Shown piece by piece: positions 12,701 to 31,300 of a stretch of DNA of 64,000 bases (position 1 is its first letter; each line of letters opens with the position of its first letter). Under the pieces are notes generated by a model that searched no databases, had not been told where the DNA came from, and was given only the letters and a program-made list of their open reading frames with translations. Source of the DNA: Macrostomum lignano (Eukaryota); assembly GCA_002269645.1 (NCBI GenBank), contig NIVC01001347.1, forward strand, positions 62,001-126,000, read 5' to 3'. Both the position numbers and the translations under genes were made by a program.

Positions 12701-14705
12701 GCTTGTGTGATTATGTGCTTGTGTACTTGTGTGCTTGTGTGCTTATGTGCTTGTGTGCTCATGTGCTTGTGTGCTTATGTGCTTGTGTGCTATGTGCTTG
12801 TGTGCTTGTGTGCTCATGTGCTTGTGTGCTTGTGTGCTTGTGTGCTTATGTGCTTGTGTGCTTGTGTGCTTATGAGCTTGTGTGCTTGTGTGCTTGTGTG
12901 CTCATGTGCTTATATGATGTGTTCTTGTGTGATGTGTGCTTATGTTCTTGTGTGCTTGTGTGCCATGTGCTCATGTGCTTGTGTGCTTGTGTGATTATGT
13001 GCTTGTGTACTTGTGTGCTTGTGTGCTTATGTGCTTGTGTGCTTGTGTGCTTATGTGCTTGTGTGCTATGTGCTTGTGTGCTTGTGTGCTCATGTGCTTG
13101 TGTGCTTGTGTGCTTGTGTGCTTATGTGCTTGTGTGCTTGTGTGCTTATGAGCTTGTGTGCTTGTGTGCTTGTGTCCTCATGTGCTTATATGATGTGTTC
13201 TTGTGTGATGTGTGCTTATGTTCTTGTGTGCTTGTGTGCCATGTGCTCATGTGCTTGTGTGCTTGTGTGCTTACGTGTATGTGCTGTGTGCTGTGTGCTT
13301 ATGTGCTGTGTGCTGTGTGCTATGTGCTGTGTGCTTATGTGCTTGTGTGCTTGTGTGCTTGTGTTCTTATGTGCTTGTGTGCTTGTGTGCTTATGTGCTT
13401 GTGTGCTTATGTGCTTGTGTGCTTATGTGCTTGTGTGCTTATGTGCTTGTGTGATTATGTGCTTGTGTGCTTGTGTGCTTATGTGCTTGTGTGCTTGTGT
13501 GCTTGTGTGCTCATGTGCTTATATGATGTGTTCTTGTGTGCTCATGTGCTTATATGATGTGTTCTTGTGTGCTGTGTGCTTATGTTCTTGTGTGCTTGTG
13601 TGCCGTGTGCTCATGTGCTTGTGTGCTTGTGTGCTTACATGTATGTGCTGTGTGCTTATGTGCTGTGTGCTGTGTGCTACGTGCTGTGTGCTTATGTGCT
13701 GTGTGATTATGTGCTTGTGTGCTTGTGTGCTTCTGTTCTTATGTGCTTGTGTGCTTGTGTGCTTACATGTATGTTCTGTGTGCTGTGTGCTGTGTGCTGT
13801 GTGCTATGTGCTGTGTGTTTATGTGCTGTGTGCTGTGTGCTGTGTGCTGTGTGCCGTGTGCTGTGTGCTATGTGCTGTGTGCTGTGTGCTATGTGCTGTG
13901 TGCTTATGTGCTGTGTGCTTATGTGCTGTGTGCTGTTTGCTATGTGCTGTGTGCTTGTGTGCTGTGTGCTGTATTCTTGTGTGCTGTGTGCTCATGTGCT
14001 GTGTGCTGAATTTCTTTTGTCAATATATAAATTCTCTCTATTTTACTAATATGTTATTCGGCTTCATATCTTACCAACTAGGACTTCAACGGCAAGCTGG
14101 CAGTGCCTCGTTGCATCCCCAGCAAATGCGGCTCCAAATTTAGGCTTCAATTTTAGCATAGAAACAGTAAAGTACAAACTTTTGATCAGCATACAAATAA
14201 CCGGGATACTTGATGCCGAGTAAACAACAGAAGACCTGAGGCCTCTCCGTAGCTCGTACTCGAGAACTTGTATTGTACAGAGTAGTCCGACTCTCTCGGC
14301 CGTCCCGTCCGCAGATCCGAGTCGGCATGCACTCCGGCCCGGTGGTCACCGGCGTTGTTGGCGAGAAGATGCCCCGCTTCTGCCTGTTCGGCGACACCGT
14401 CAACACAGCCTCCCGGATGGAGTCGCACGGCTGTCCGGGACTCGTGCACATGTCCGAGCCCAGCTACCTGTGAGCTGGGGCTGAAGGGCCGGGGGATGGG
14501 GAGGAACTGTCCGGGGCTGTCCGAGCCCAGCTACCTGTGAGCTGGGGGCTGAAGGGCCGGGGGATGGGGAGGAACTGTCCGGGGCTGTCCGAGCCCAGCT
14601 ACCCGTGGGCTGGAGGGGTAAAAGGACTGGAGGAGGAACTGTCCGAGACTTCCGAACTACCTGTGAACTGGCGGGATGAAGTGCTGGGGCTTTTCAAAAA
14701 AATTC

Positions 14706-14746
<41 letters not shown>

Positions 14747-15668
14747 CCGATTGGATTCGCTTTCTGAGACTGCAGCTTCTGTCTGATATCTGAGGACCGC
14801 TGAACTCACAGCTTAGGTTTTGGCTTCAGTGTGGAGCCTAATTCCCTCTCAGAGTTCGTGCTTTATGAACAAGGCTTGCAGGGGAGTCTGGGAGTCTGGA
14901 AATGGGATTAGTATGCAGTGTACGGGCAGTGTCAGTGTGGCGCCAAATCGAGTATCAGTGTGGCGCCAAATCGAGTGTCAGTGTGGCGCCAAATTGAGTG
15001 TCAGTGTGGCGCCAATTCGAGTGTCAGTGTGGCGCCAAATTGAGTGTCAGTGTGGCGCTCAGTGTCAGTGTGGCGCCAAATCGAGTGTCAGTGTGGCGCC
15101 AAATCGAGTGCCAGGGTGTCAGAGGGCGCCAAATCGAGTATCATGGTGTCAGAGGGCGCCAAATCGGGTGTCAGGGTGTCAAAGGACGCCAAATCGAATA
15201 TCATGGTGTCAGAGGGCGCCAAATCGGGTGTCATGGTGTCAGAGGGCGCCAAATCGGGTGTCATGGTGTCAGAGGGCGCCAAATCGGGTGTCATGGTGTC
15301 AGAGGGCGCCAAATCGGGTGTCAGGGTGTCAGAGGTGCCTAATCGCCCACAAACTGAAAATGAACTGTTACCAAATTTCGTCATTCGGCCATCGCAGGCT
15401 TGTCAAGGACAGTCACGTGACCGAGCCGAGAGGCAAAATCTACGTGAAAGGGAAAGGCGAGATGAGGACTTACTTCCTGCTTGGCCGAGCCGGCGCTGAC
15501 TGCCGCGTTGCCATGGAGACGGCGGCCGAGTGGAAGAACGTGCAGACCTGGGACGAGAACAAGCCATCGACGTCATCGGCCGGAGCGAACGGCGATACGT
15601 CGCTCGCGTCGGCGGCAGCCGAAGCCGCGGAGATCCCGACGAGGACCCGGATTTGCCATCTGCTGTAA
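1625..15668 (+). CDS. GUCY1B: Soluble guanylate cyclase beta-like subunit, copy 1 (H-NOX, PAS/H-NOBA, coiled coil, GC catalytic domain, CaaX); about 661 aa; ATG exon not located
   Basis: Exons by GT-AG and phase: 1625-1698, 1796-1896, 6844-7027, 7231-7304, 8092-8592, 9552-9726, 10543-10837, 11289-11441, 14315-14469, 15398-15668. Motifs: [17 protein letters not shown] (His at position 105 if preceded by a single Met), PPSF, YNSTR (YxSxR), [62 protein letters not shown], end RICHLL*. Family assignment is firm; exact orthology (beta1, beta2 or atypical) is not. Confidence 0.93.
1947..2422. repeat. About 30-bp minisatellite, left arm (split by the P element)
   Basis: Unit gggtctgtgatgtaccgtcactcttccctg(c/t). 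Confidence 0.95.
2719..5373 (+). pseudogene. THAP-domain P-element-like transposase pseudogene with introns
   Basis: [12 protein letters not shown]..(intron)..CKNH (C2CH THAP); LPHPATL; IVFDEV (D1); ICDNH (D2); [14 protein letters not shown]; [10 protein letters not shown]; [18 protein letters not shown] (E). Stop TAA at 3840-3842 and frameshifts near 4226 and 4400; clear intron 4705-4794. Confidence 0.87.
5575..5668. mobile_element. 94-bp mini inverted-repeat element (CATAG ends) inside the P element
   Basis: catagaaataaagacttt ... aaagtctttatgtctatg (17/18 complementary). No TSD seen. Confidence 0.5.
5678..5778. mobile_element. 101-bp mini inverted-repeat element inside the P element
   Basis: agattacacatgcctttt ... 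aaaaggcatgtttaatct with central ccctcgggcctcaggccctcg. Confidence 0.45.
5921..6243. repeat. About 30-bp minisatellite, right arm
   Basis: Same unit as 1947-2422. Confidence 0.95.
6596..6753. repeat. (CTGT)n microsatellite
   Basis: Direct inspection. Confidence 0.97.
7056..7143 (+). mobile_element. SINE family A, 3' fragment
   Basis: agccttcagatgcgccgcgcaatagctgcggctgagctgtcggttgcacatctgccc...taatcaattattatt matches the 3' end of the copies at 20.7, 29.6 and 57.3 kb. Confidence 0.8.
7308..7955. repeat. 24-bp minisatellite
   Basis: Unit cagccactgtcaagtctcctttct, starting at the splice donor. Confidence 0.95.
8617..9530. repeat. 39-bp minisatellite containing palindromic AGTCACGTGACT
   Basis: Unit tcagtgtcagctggtca(a/t)gtttagtcacgtgactgtaga, about 23 copies. 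Confidence 0.95.
9798..10487. repeat. 31-bp minisatellite
   Basis: Unit ttctatcattgtgtgctcatgttctgtgggc. Confidence 0.95.
10880..11110 (+). mobile_element. Putative tRNA-derived SINE family B
   Basis: A-box-like cagtggtccagcgcgg, B-box-like ggctcgattcc, A-rich tail; 3' segment caaggcac..agtgtatacatgcctaacgat..agggccgct is shared with 22018-22068. Confidence 0.55.
11478..14008. repeat. About 2.5-kb (TGTGTGCT)n-type 8-bp satellite
   Basis: tgtgtgct/tatgtgct/catgtgct variants; source of the Cys/Val/Leu/Ala ORFs. Confidence 0.97.
14452..14615 (+). repeat. About 67-bp tandem repeat spanning an exon end and 5' splice site (copy 1)
   Basis: tgtccgagcccagctacct|gtgagctgggg...gaactgtccggggc repeated about 2.5 times. 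Confidence 0.9.
14710..14743. repeat. (AG)n microsatellite
   Basis: Direct inspection. Confidence 0.95.
14928..15335. repeat. 23-bp grading into 30-bp minisatellite
   Basis: cagtgtggcgccaaatcgagtgt, then tcagagggcgccaaatcgggtgtcatggtg. Confidence 0.93.
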
Positions 15669-16989
15669 CAGCGGCAATTAGAGCGCTGCATGACAATTGG
15701 TGTTGACACGAAATAGCTGTCATCCTTCGGTGTTGTTTAGTGCGTCAAGAGCAGCTCTATGTTTTGTTGATGTAATCAATGCGAAATATTCAATCAGTCT
15801 CGCGATCAGTCTCCCTGACCTTAGCTCGTTTGCTACTGAAAGTACTAAAGACGAGGAGCGCGATTACTTTATGGTGTGCGTATTAGTAAATTATCTGCGC
15901 ACTTTAAAACTCTAATTAATTAACAAGCAAGCATACATCGTGTCGTGTTATTTTTGTGTTCTCATAAAATTATTCCGAATGGCTTCTTTGCACGTGAAGC
16001 GAATTTATTTAGCACAAAATTTCATTTTTCGACTTTCAAAGTTTGTCAGTTTAAACTAATGATTATTTGATAAAAGGCAATCAAGGGGAGATATCCAGTC
16101 AAACATGTTTGAATTCCTCCGAGCTATAGTCCGATAGGCTGCTGTCAGCCAATTAGAATGCAGCCAGGGACAGGCAGGCGAGCCGGCGTGAGGTGGGTCG
16201 GTATTGGAGGGCTACAAAACTGTTAAAAAGTATCTAAATTTAGACTGACTTTCTCCCCCCGCTTTAGCATTCTGTCAGCCAATCGGAATGTAGCCAGGGA
16301 CAGGCCGGGGAGCCGGCGTGAGGTGGGTGGTCTTGGAAGGGTAGAAAGTCTCAAATTCATTAATCTCTAACTATAAAAATGATATATAAGTATAGATTTA
16401 GTTGGACTTTTTCTATCCACGCTAAAGCATTCTGTCACGCAGTTAAAATTAGCTCGTAAGATAAGACATTAAATAATTTCAAGAATTAAATAATACAAGC
16501 TTGTACCAGCGTCATATACGAGTAAACAAAAATGTCCCTTTTATCATATACTCTTAAAAGTATATGTTAGTCTTAAGTTTTTAGTTCTTCCATTGTGTAA
16601 AATGCCCTTTATTTGCTCATTGTATTCTCGGTATTACTTACTATTTGAGGAAATAGTACAAAAAGTTACATTTAATTTGCTATATACAATCAGTATCCAA
16701 TAAATAGTTCTTTACCCCGATGTAAACATTTGGGCAGGTAATTTTCCTATTACAGCTCGTGCAATAGCAGTGACGCTTTGGCCACGTGTGCTATTATTAT
16801 AACAGCAAATAAACGAGATAGAGAGTGGCAATCCGAGACAAAAAGTGACAACACCGGCCACTTCGACTGATTAGTCCCAGCATCGAATAGCTTTGTGGCA
16901 CGGGACAGGTAAACACAAAGTGCGCAGACAACTCTGTTAGGTGCATGGCAACACAGTCCAGCTCCCCAAGGGGCCGGCTAGTAATGACT

Positions 16990-17110
16990 TCTGATTGGAC
17001 CAAAAAACTGAATGTTGATGATGGGCCAATATCAGTTCCGCTTTGATCATTCCGCTAGCTCACTGGATTTCGGTCTCACCTGTCTCCCTGATGCAGCAGA
17101 CTTATAAAGA
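16990..17110 (+). promoter_or_regulatory. Candidate core promoter of sGC copy 2
   Basis: attgg (about 16994), ccaat (about 17026) and tataaag (17103-17109), about 145 bp upstream of the ATG|gt exon; motif evidence only. Confidence 0.3.
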
Positions 17111-17251
17111 CTGCTCGCTTATGGGGACAATAACTGGCTTGACCGTTCGAAGGAGTGTCTAAGTCCTTCACTTTGAAATCCTTGAGCCTGCTGCCACGTG
17201 GCCGCTTGCGCCATCCAGCGAATACTGAGGGCTTCTGAGCGGGCCGACGGG

Positions 17252-26063
<8,812 letters not shown>

Positions 26064-27082
26064 CTGCTTGATGGGAGAAAAAACTGTATTGATCAAGGAT
26101 GCGCTGGCAGCGAAAGGACGTAACTCTCTGCTCTAGAGTTTCTTCAAAGGCCTGATTTCCCTTTCTAAATTAATTAGCGAAATAGACGCTTTTCAGTCAC
26201 CGAATTGAAGATTATCAGAGTTTGTCTACTGATAAGTAGACAGTATAGAGTGTAGCGCGAAAAGCTTGCCTGGCGGGCAAAGAAATTACGCAATACGAGA
26301 GAGCTGTAGAACTTCTGGTCATCACTTGCCTCAGTAGGCCAGCTAACTAAAGTTAAACACTATTTATTCTCCATGCTAAGCCATAACACCTTGAGATCAA
26401 TGCTATTTATTTCATAGAGATAGCACAGATCTCAAATTGGCGTTAACAAACGTTAAAAGTACACGTACGCTATTATTTAATTGGCTATTTTTGTTCCACT
26501 TCCCCGCATGCTACCTTTGTAATTGCATATTTTTATCCCAGAAACTTAAAAAAGTATTTCTGTGGCTGTTTGATGCACTAGAAAATACGAGTATACTGTG
26601 TTTGCAACACGCTCGTATGTCAGGTATATGTCGTTGCCAAGTTCAAAAACTATTTGTTTGTACTTTAATTTCAATCCAGGTGTACACTGTATTTTAAGTT
26701 GTCCCTGGCTGGCATCTTTGGTATAGTTTGCTGACGGATTGGCACTTCTATTTGAGAGAGATTTTACGATTCAAATCCTTATTCGTCTACTTTTCTCAGT
26801 AGCCTAAATTGAATATATCACAAATTAAACAAGTTGAACAAGGTTTGTATTGAGAATTCCAAAAAATGTAGTAAAATTTACGGTCAACCGCTGTGCGAAC
26901 GCCAGCTTCTGAAGAGCCATTTTAAAGTACTCACGAGCAATGCCAGATTGCAACAGTAAATTTCAGTATAATAAGCACAGCCTGTAAAAGAGTCTTGCCA
27001 TTTTTACTGTACTTTTTTAAATGGGAGACGATGGACTGTTTGCAATTTCCGCGATTTAATTGGGAAATAGGGAAGTAGAGAG

Positions 27083-28225
27083 GCCAGACACGGAAGGCAG
27101 AGAAGCGCCAGACAGACAGGGAAGGCAGAGAAGCGCCAGACAGACAGGGAAGGCAGAGAAGCGCCAGACAGACAGGGAAGGCAGAGAAGCGCCAGACAGA
27201 CAGGGAAGGCAGAGAAGCGCCAGACATACAGGGAAGGCAGAGAAGCGCCAGACAGACAGGGAAGGCAGAGAAGCGCCAGACAGACAGGAAAGGCAGAGAA
27301 GCGCCAGACAGACAGGAAAGGCAGAGAAGCGCCAGACAGACAAGAAAGGCAGAGAAGCGCCAGACAGACAGGAAAGGCAGAGAAGCGCCAGACAGACAGA
27401 AAAGGCAGAGAAGCGCCAGACAGACAAGAAAGGCAGAGAAGCACCAGACAGACATGGAAGGCAGAGAAGCGCCAGACAGACAGGGAAGGCAGAGAAGCGC
27501 CAGACAGACAGAAAAGGCAGAGAAGCGCCAGACAGACAAGAAAGGCAGAGAAGCGCCAGACAGGGAAGGCAGAGAAGCGCCAGACAGACAGGGAAGGCAG
27601 AGAAGCGCCAGACAGACAGAAAAGGCAGAGAAGCGCCAGACAGACAAGAAAGGCAGAGAAGCACCAGACAGACATGGAAGGCAGAGAAGCGCCAGACAGA
27701 CAGGGAAGGCAGAGAAGCGCCAGACAGACAGAAAAGGCAGAGAAGCGCCAGACAGGAAAGGCAGAGAAGCGCCAGACAGGAAAGGCAGAGAAGCGCCAGA
27801 CAGACAGGGAAGGCAGAGAAGCGCCAGACAGACAGGGAAGGCAGAGAAGCGCCAGACAGACAGGAAAGGCAGAGAAGCGCCAGACAGACAGGAAAGGCAG
27901 AGAAGCGCCAGACAGACAGGAAAGGCAGAGAAGCGCCAGACAGACAGGAAAGGCAGAGAAGCGCCAGACAGGAAAGGCAGAGAAGCGCCAGACAGACAGG
28001 AAAGGCAGAGAAGCGCCAGACAGACAGGGAAGGCAGAGAAGCGCCAGACAGACAGAAAAGGCAGAGAAGCGCCAGACAGACAAGAAAGGCAGAGAAGCAC
28101 CAGACAGACATGGAAGGCAGAGAAGCGCCAGACAGACAGGGAAGGCAGAGAAGCGCCAGACAGACAGAAAAGGCAGAGAAGCGCCAGACAGACAAGAAAG
28201 GCAGAGAAGCGCCAGACAGGAAAGG
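27083..28225. repeat. 28-bp purine-rich minisatellite between the convergent sGC and TRPM 3' ends
   Basis: Unit gaaggcagagaagcgccagacagacagg. Confidence 0.96.
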
Positions 28226-28381
28226 AAGACATCAGAGTATCAGTATCAGAAACAGTCTCAGAGTTGGCTATGAAATATGAATATCGCAGAGTTAGGGCAT
28301 GTGAAACGTCTCAGAACTTGAAGTACTTATGTGGAATTTGCGTAGCGTGAGCATTACGTCACGTAGAAATCGCAATAAAAA

Positions 28382-31300
28382 TTATTTCGAGTCGCCGTCA
28401 GGGGACGCCTCGGACTTGTCGGCGAAAGGCACCGCCGCGGAGGCTGCCTCGGTAGACGAGATTCGCGCAGCTTCCGCCTCCTCTCCCTCCTCGCGCTCGT
28501 CTGCCCGACTTCGACGCGACTTCCGCTTCGACTTCCGGCTGCCGCCCCGGCGGCGACTCGACAGCGAACTGCTGAGCGACTCCACGGCCTGCATGATGTC
28601 GGCGAGCTTGGCTTCGACGCCTTGCAGCCGGGAGCTCAGGTCGCCGATGCTCGGCCCGGCCGGCTCCGCTTCCGCCTCAGCCGCTTCCGGTCCGTCCGGC
28701 TGACGTTTCTGCAGCTGCAGTCTGGTGTTGCTTCTGCTTTCGCTGAAGATGGGAGTTCGAGAATTCGATAATTTCATGGGCTTTGCTTGTCGAATTTCTG
28801 ACGCCTTAGCAGCCCTCTGAACCCAAATATCCAGCCGTGTGTTGGTAACAGTGTTGAGAGGGGAGCTCGGCAGTTGACTGCCACAGTATAAGTTAGGGCT
28901 AGGGTTATCAGCATTCAATGTGAGATCAACAGCAAAGGGGATCCGGGATCAACAGCCATGTAATCCGGGATCAATGGGATCAGCAGCCAGGAGATGCGGG
29001 ATCAATGGGAGCAACAGCCAGGAGATCCGGGATCAATGGGATCAGCAGCCAGGAGATCCGGAATCCATGGGATCAGCAGCCAGGAGATGCGGGATCCATG
29101 GGAGCAACAGCCAGGAGATCCGGGATCAATGGGATCAGCAGCCAAGAGATCCGGGATCAACAGCCAGGACATCCGGGATCTATGGGATCAACAGCCAGGA
29201 GATCCGGGATCCATGGGATCAACAGCCAGGAGATCCGGGATCCATGGGATCAGCATCGAGGAGATCCGGGATCAATGGATCAGCAGCCAGGTGAAGAACT
29301 CACAGCTGGAGGGCAATGCCGGTCAATTTTCTCCGACTGCTGGCGGTCAGCCGCGACTCCAGGTGCTCAACCTGGTACTTCACATCGTCCAGCCGTTCAA
29401 GCGCCAGCAGCCAGTTGTCCTCCTCGTCGTCTGGCTGGGCGTACTCGGAACGCCGCGCAGTCAAGTACTTGTCGGTGCCCTGCTGCACGAAGGCGCCAAG
29501 CATCCGCTGCGTCCTGGAGTCGTAGTCCACCACTACGAAGGGACGGCCATGGACATTTAATGTCACTATGCACTTTGACTAGATCCCAGTGTACCGATTT
29601 CACCTCTAGGTTGTAGCCTACTAGTTAGAGCGTCCAACACAGGACTTGAAGGTCAGGGGTTCGATTTCCGATCCCACTTGGAGCAATTTGTGTGCTTGAG
29701 CAAGACGCTTGACTCTGCACTGCTTCAGTTCACCCAGCTATAAAATGGGTGCCAACATTAGCTGGAGTAATTGAGGGTGTGTGGCGACCCCCCCCCCAGT
29801 CCTCGGACTGAACAGCCGTACGCAGCCTTCAGATGCGCCGAGCAATAGCTGCGGCTGAGCTGTCGGTTATACAAGTTACTAAAAGTGCACAGTTCGAATT
29901 CCGTGCACTTACTGAAGGCGTCCCTTGTCGGTGCCTTCCTGCCGCAGGCGGCTCTCCAAAGCCGCTCCAAGACGTTGGCAATGTGGCACAGCACAGTCAG
30001 AGGGTGGCAGAGGAACGGCCTGTGATGGAACTCAAAGATCAGCTGGTAGCGGGAGTAGGCCCACAGCTTGCGCGAGCTTTCCTGCACCAGGTCGAATGTG
30101 TGCTGGAACATGGCGATCAGCAGGTTGAGCAGCAGCACGTTGGTGATGAGCATGTAGAAGGCGAACAGCACGATCACTAGCGGGCTGTGCACCGCCTCCG
30201 ATTCCTCGCCCTCGCCGCCGCCCTCGAATCCTCTGCCGGTGACGTTCGACGGCATGATCGGGGGGCTGTCGGGGCTGACTTTGTCGTCGTCAGCCAGGAT
30301 GTCGCCGAGCTGGAGCTCGCCGTACATCTGCCAGTAGGGCAGGTAGACGACGTCTTTGATGAGCTTCCAGGACAGCGGACTGTTGGGGTACAGCAGCGCC
30401 TGGGCGGCCACTCCGTAGGCGAGAAGGAACACCACCAGGATGGCGAAGAAAAACACGGTGTCGTTGATCTGTGGGTAGTGTTAAAGTATTGTAAGTAGTA
30501 TGGGCCGTTTTTACGCTTTCTTGTGCCAAAGAACACGGACAGGACTCTCTTGTTTCACAATTTTCGAAGAGTTCTCTCCAAGGTCCTCTAGGACCGCTTT
30601 TCCGTAGTGGGAAGCGACACTAACCTGCAGGGCTCGGACGGAATTCCCAACTTAAATCCCGAGTCCCGACTTCTATCCCCGAGTCCCGACTTATATCCCC
30701 GAGTCCCGACTTATACCCGAGTCCCGACTTATCTCGAGTCCAAAATTAAATCCCGAGTCCCGACTTAAATCCCGAGTCCCGACTTATCCCGAGTCCAAAC
30801 TTAAATCCCGAGTCCCGACTTAAATCCCGAGTCCCGACTTATCCCGAGTCCAAACTTAAATCCCGAGTCCAAACTTAAATCCCGAGTCCCGACTTAAATC
30901 CCGAGTCCCGACTTATCCCGAGTCCAAACTTAAATCCCGAGTCCAAACTTAAATCCCGAGTCCCGACTTAAATCCCGAGTCCCGACTTATCCCGAGTCCA
31001 AACTTAAATCCCGAGTCCAAACTTAAATCCCGAGTCCCGACTTAAATCCCGAGTCCCGACTTATCCCGAGTCCAAACTTAAATCCCGAGTCCAAACTTAA
31101 ATCCCGAGTCCAAACTTAAATCCCGAGTCCAAACTTAAATCCCGAGTCCAAACTTAAATCCCGAGTCCAAACTTAAATCCCGAGTCCAAACTTAAATCCC
31201 GAGTCCAAACTTAAATCCCGAGTCCAAACTTAAATCCCGAGTCCAAACTTAAATCCCGAGTCCAAACTTAAATCCGGAGTCCAAACTTAAATCCGGAGTC

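Noticed and set aside
11136-14143. Cys-rich (metallothionein- or keratin-like) ORFs
   Set aside because: Translation artefacts of the (TGTGTGCT)n satellite, open in several frames.
26931-28350. Long ORFs on both strands between sGC and TRPM
   Set aside because: 28-bp minisatellite, open in all six frames.
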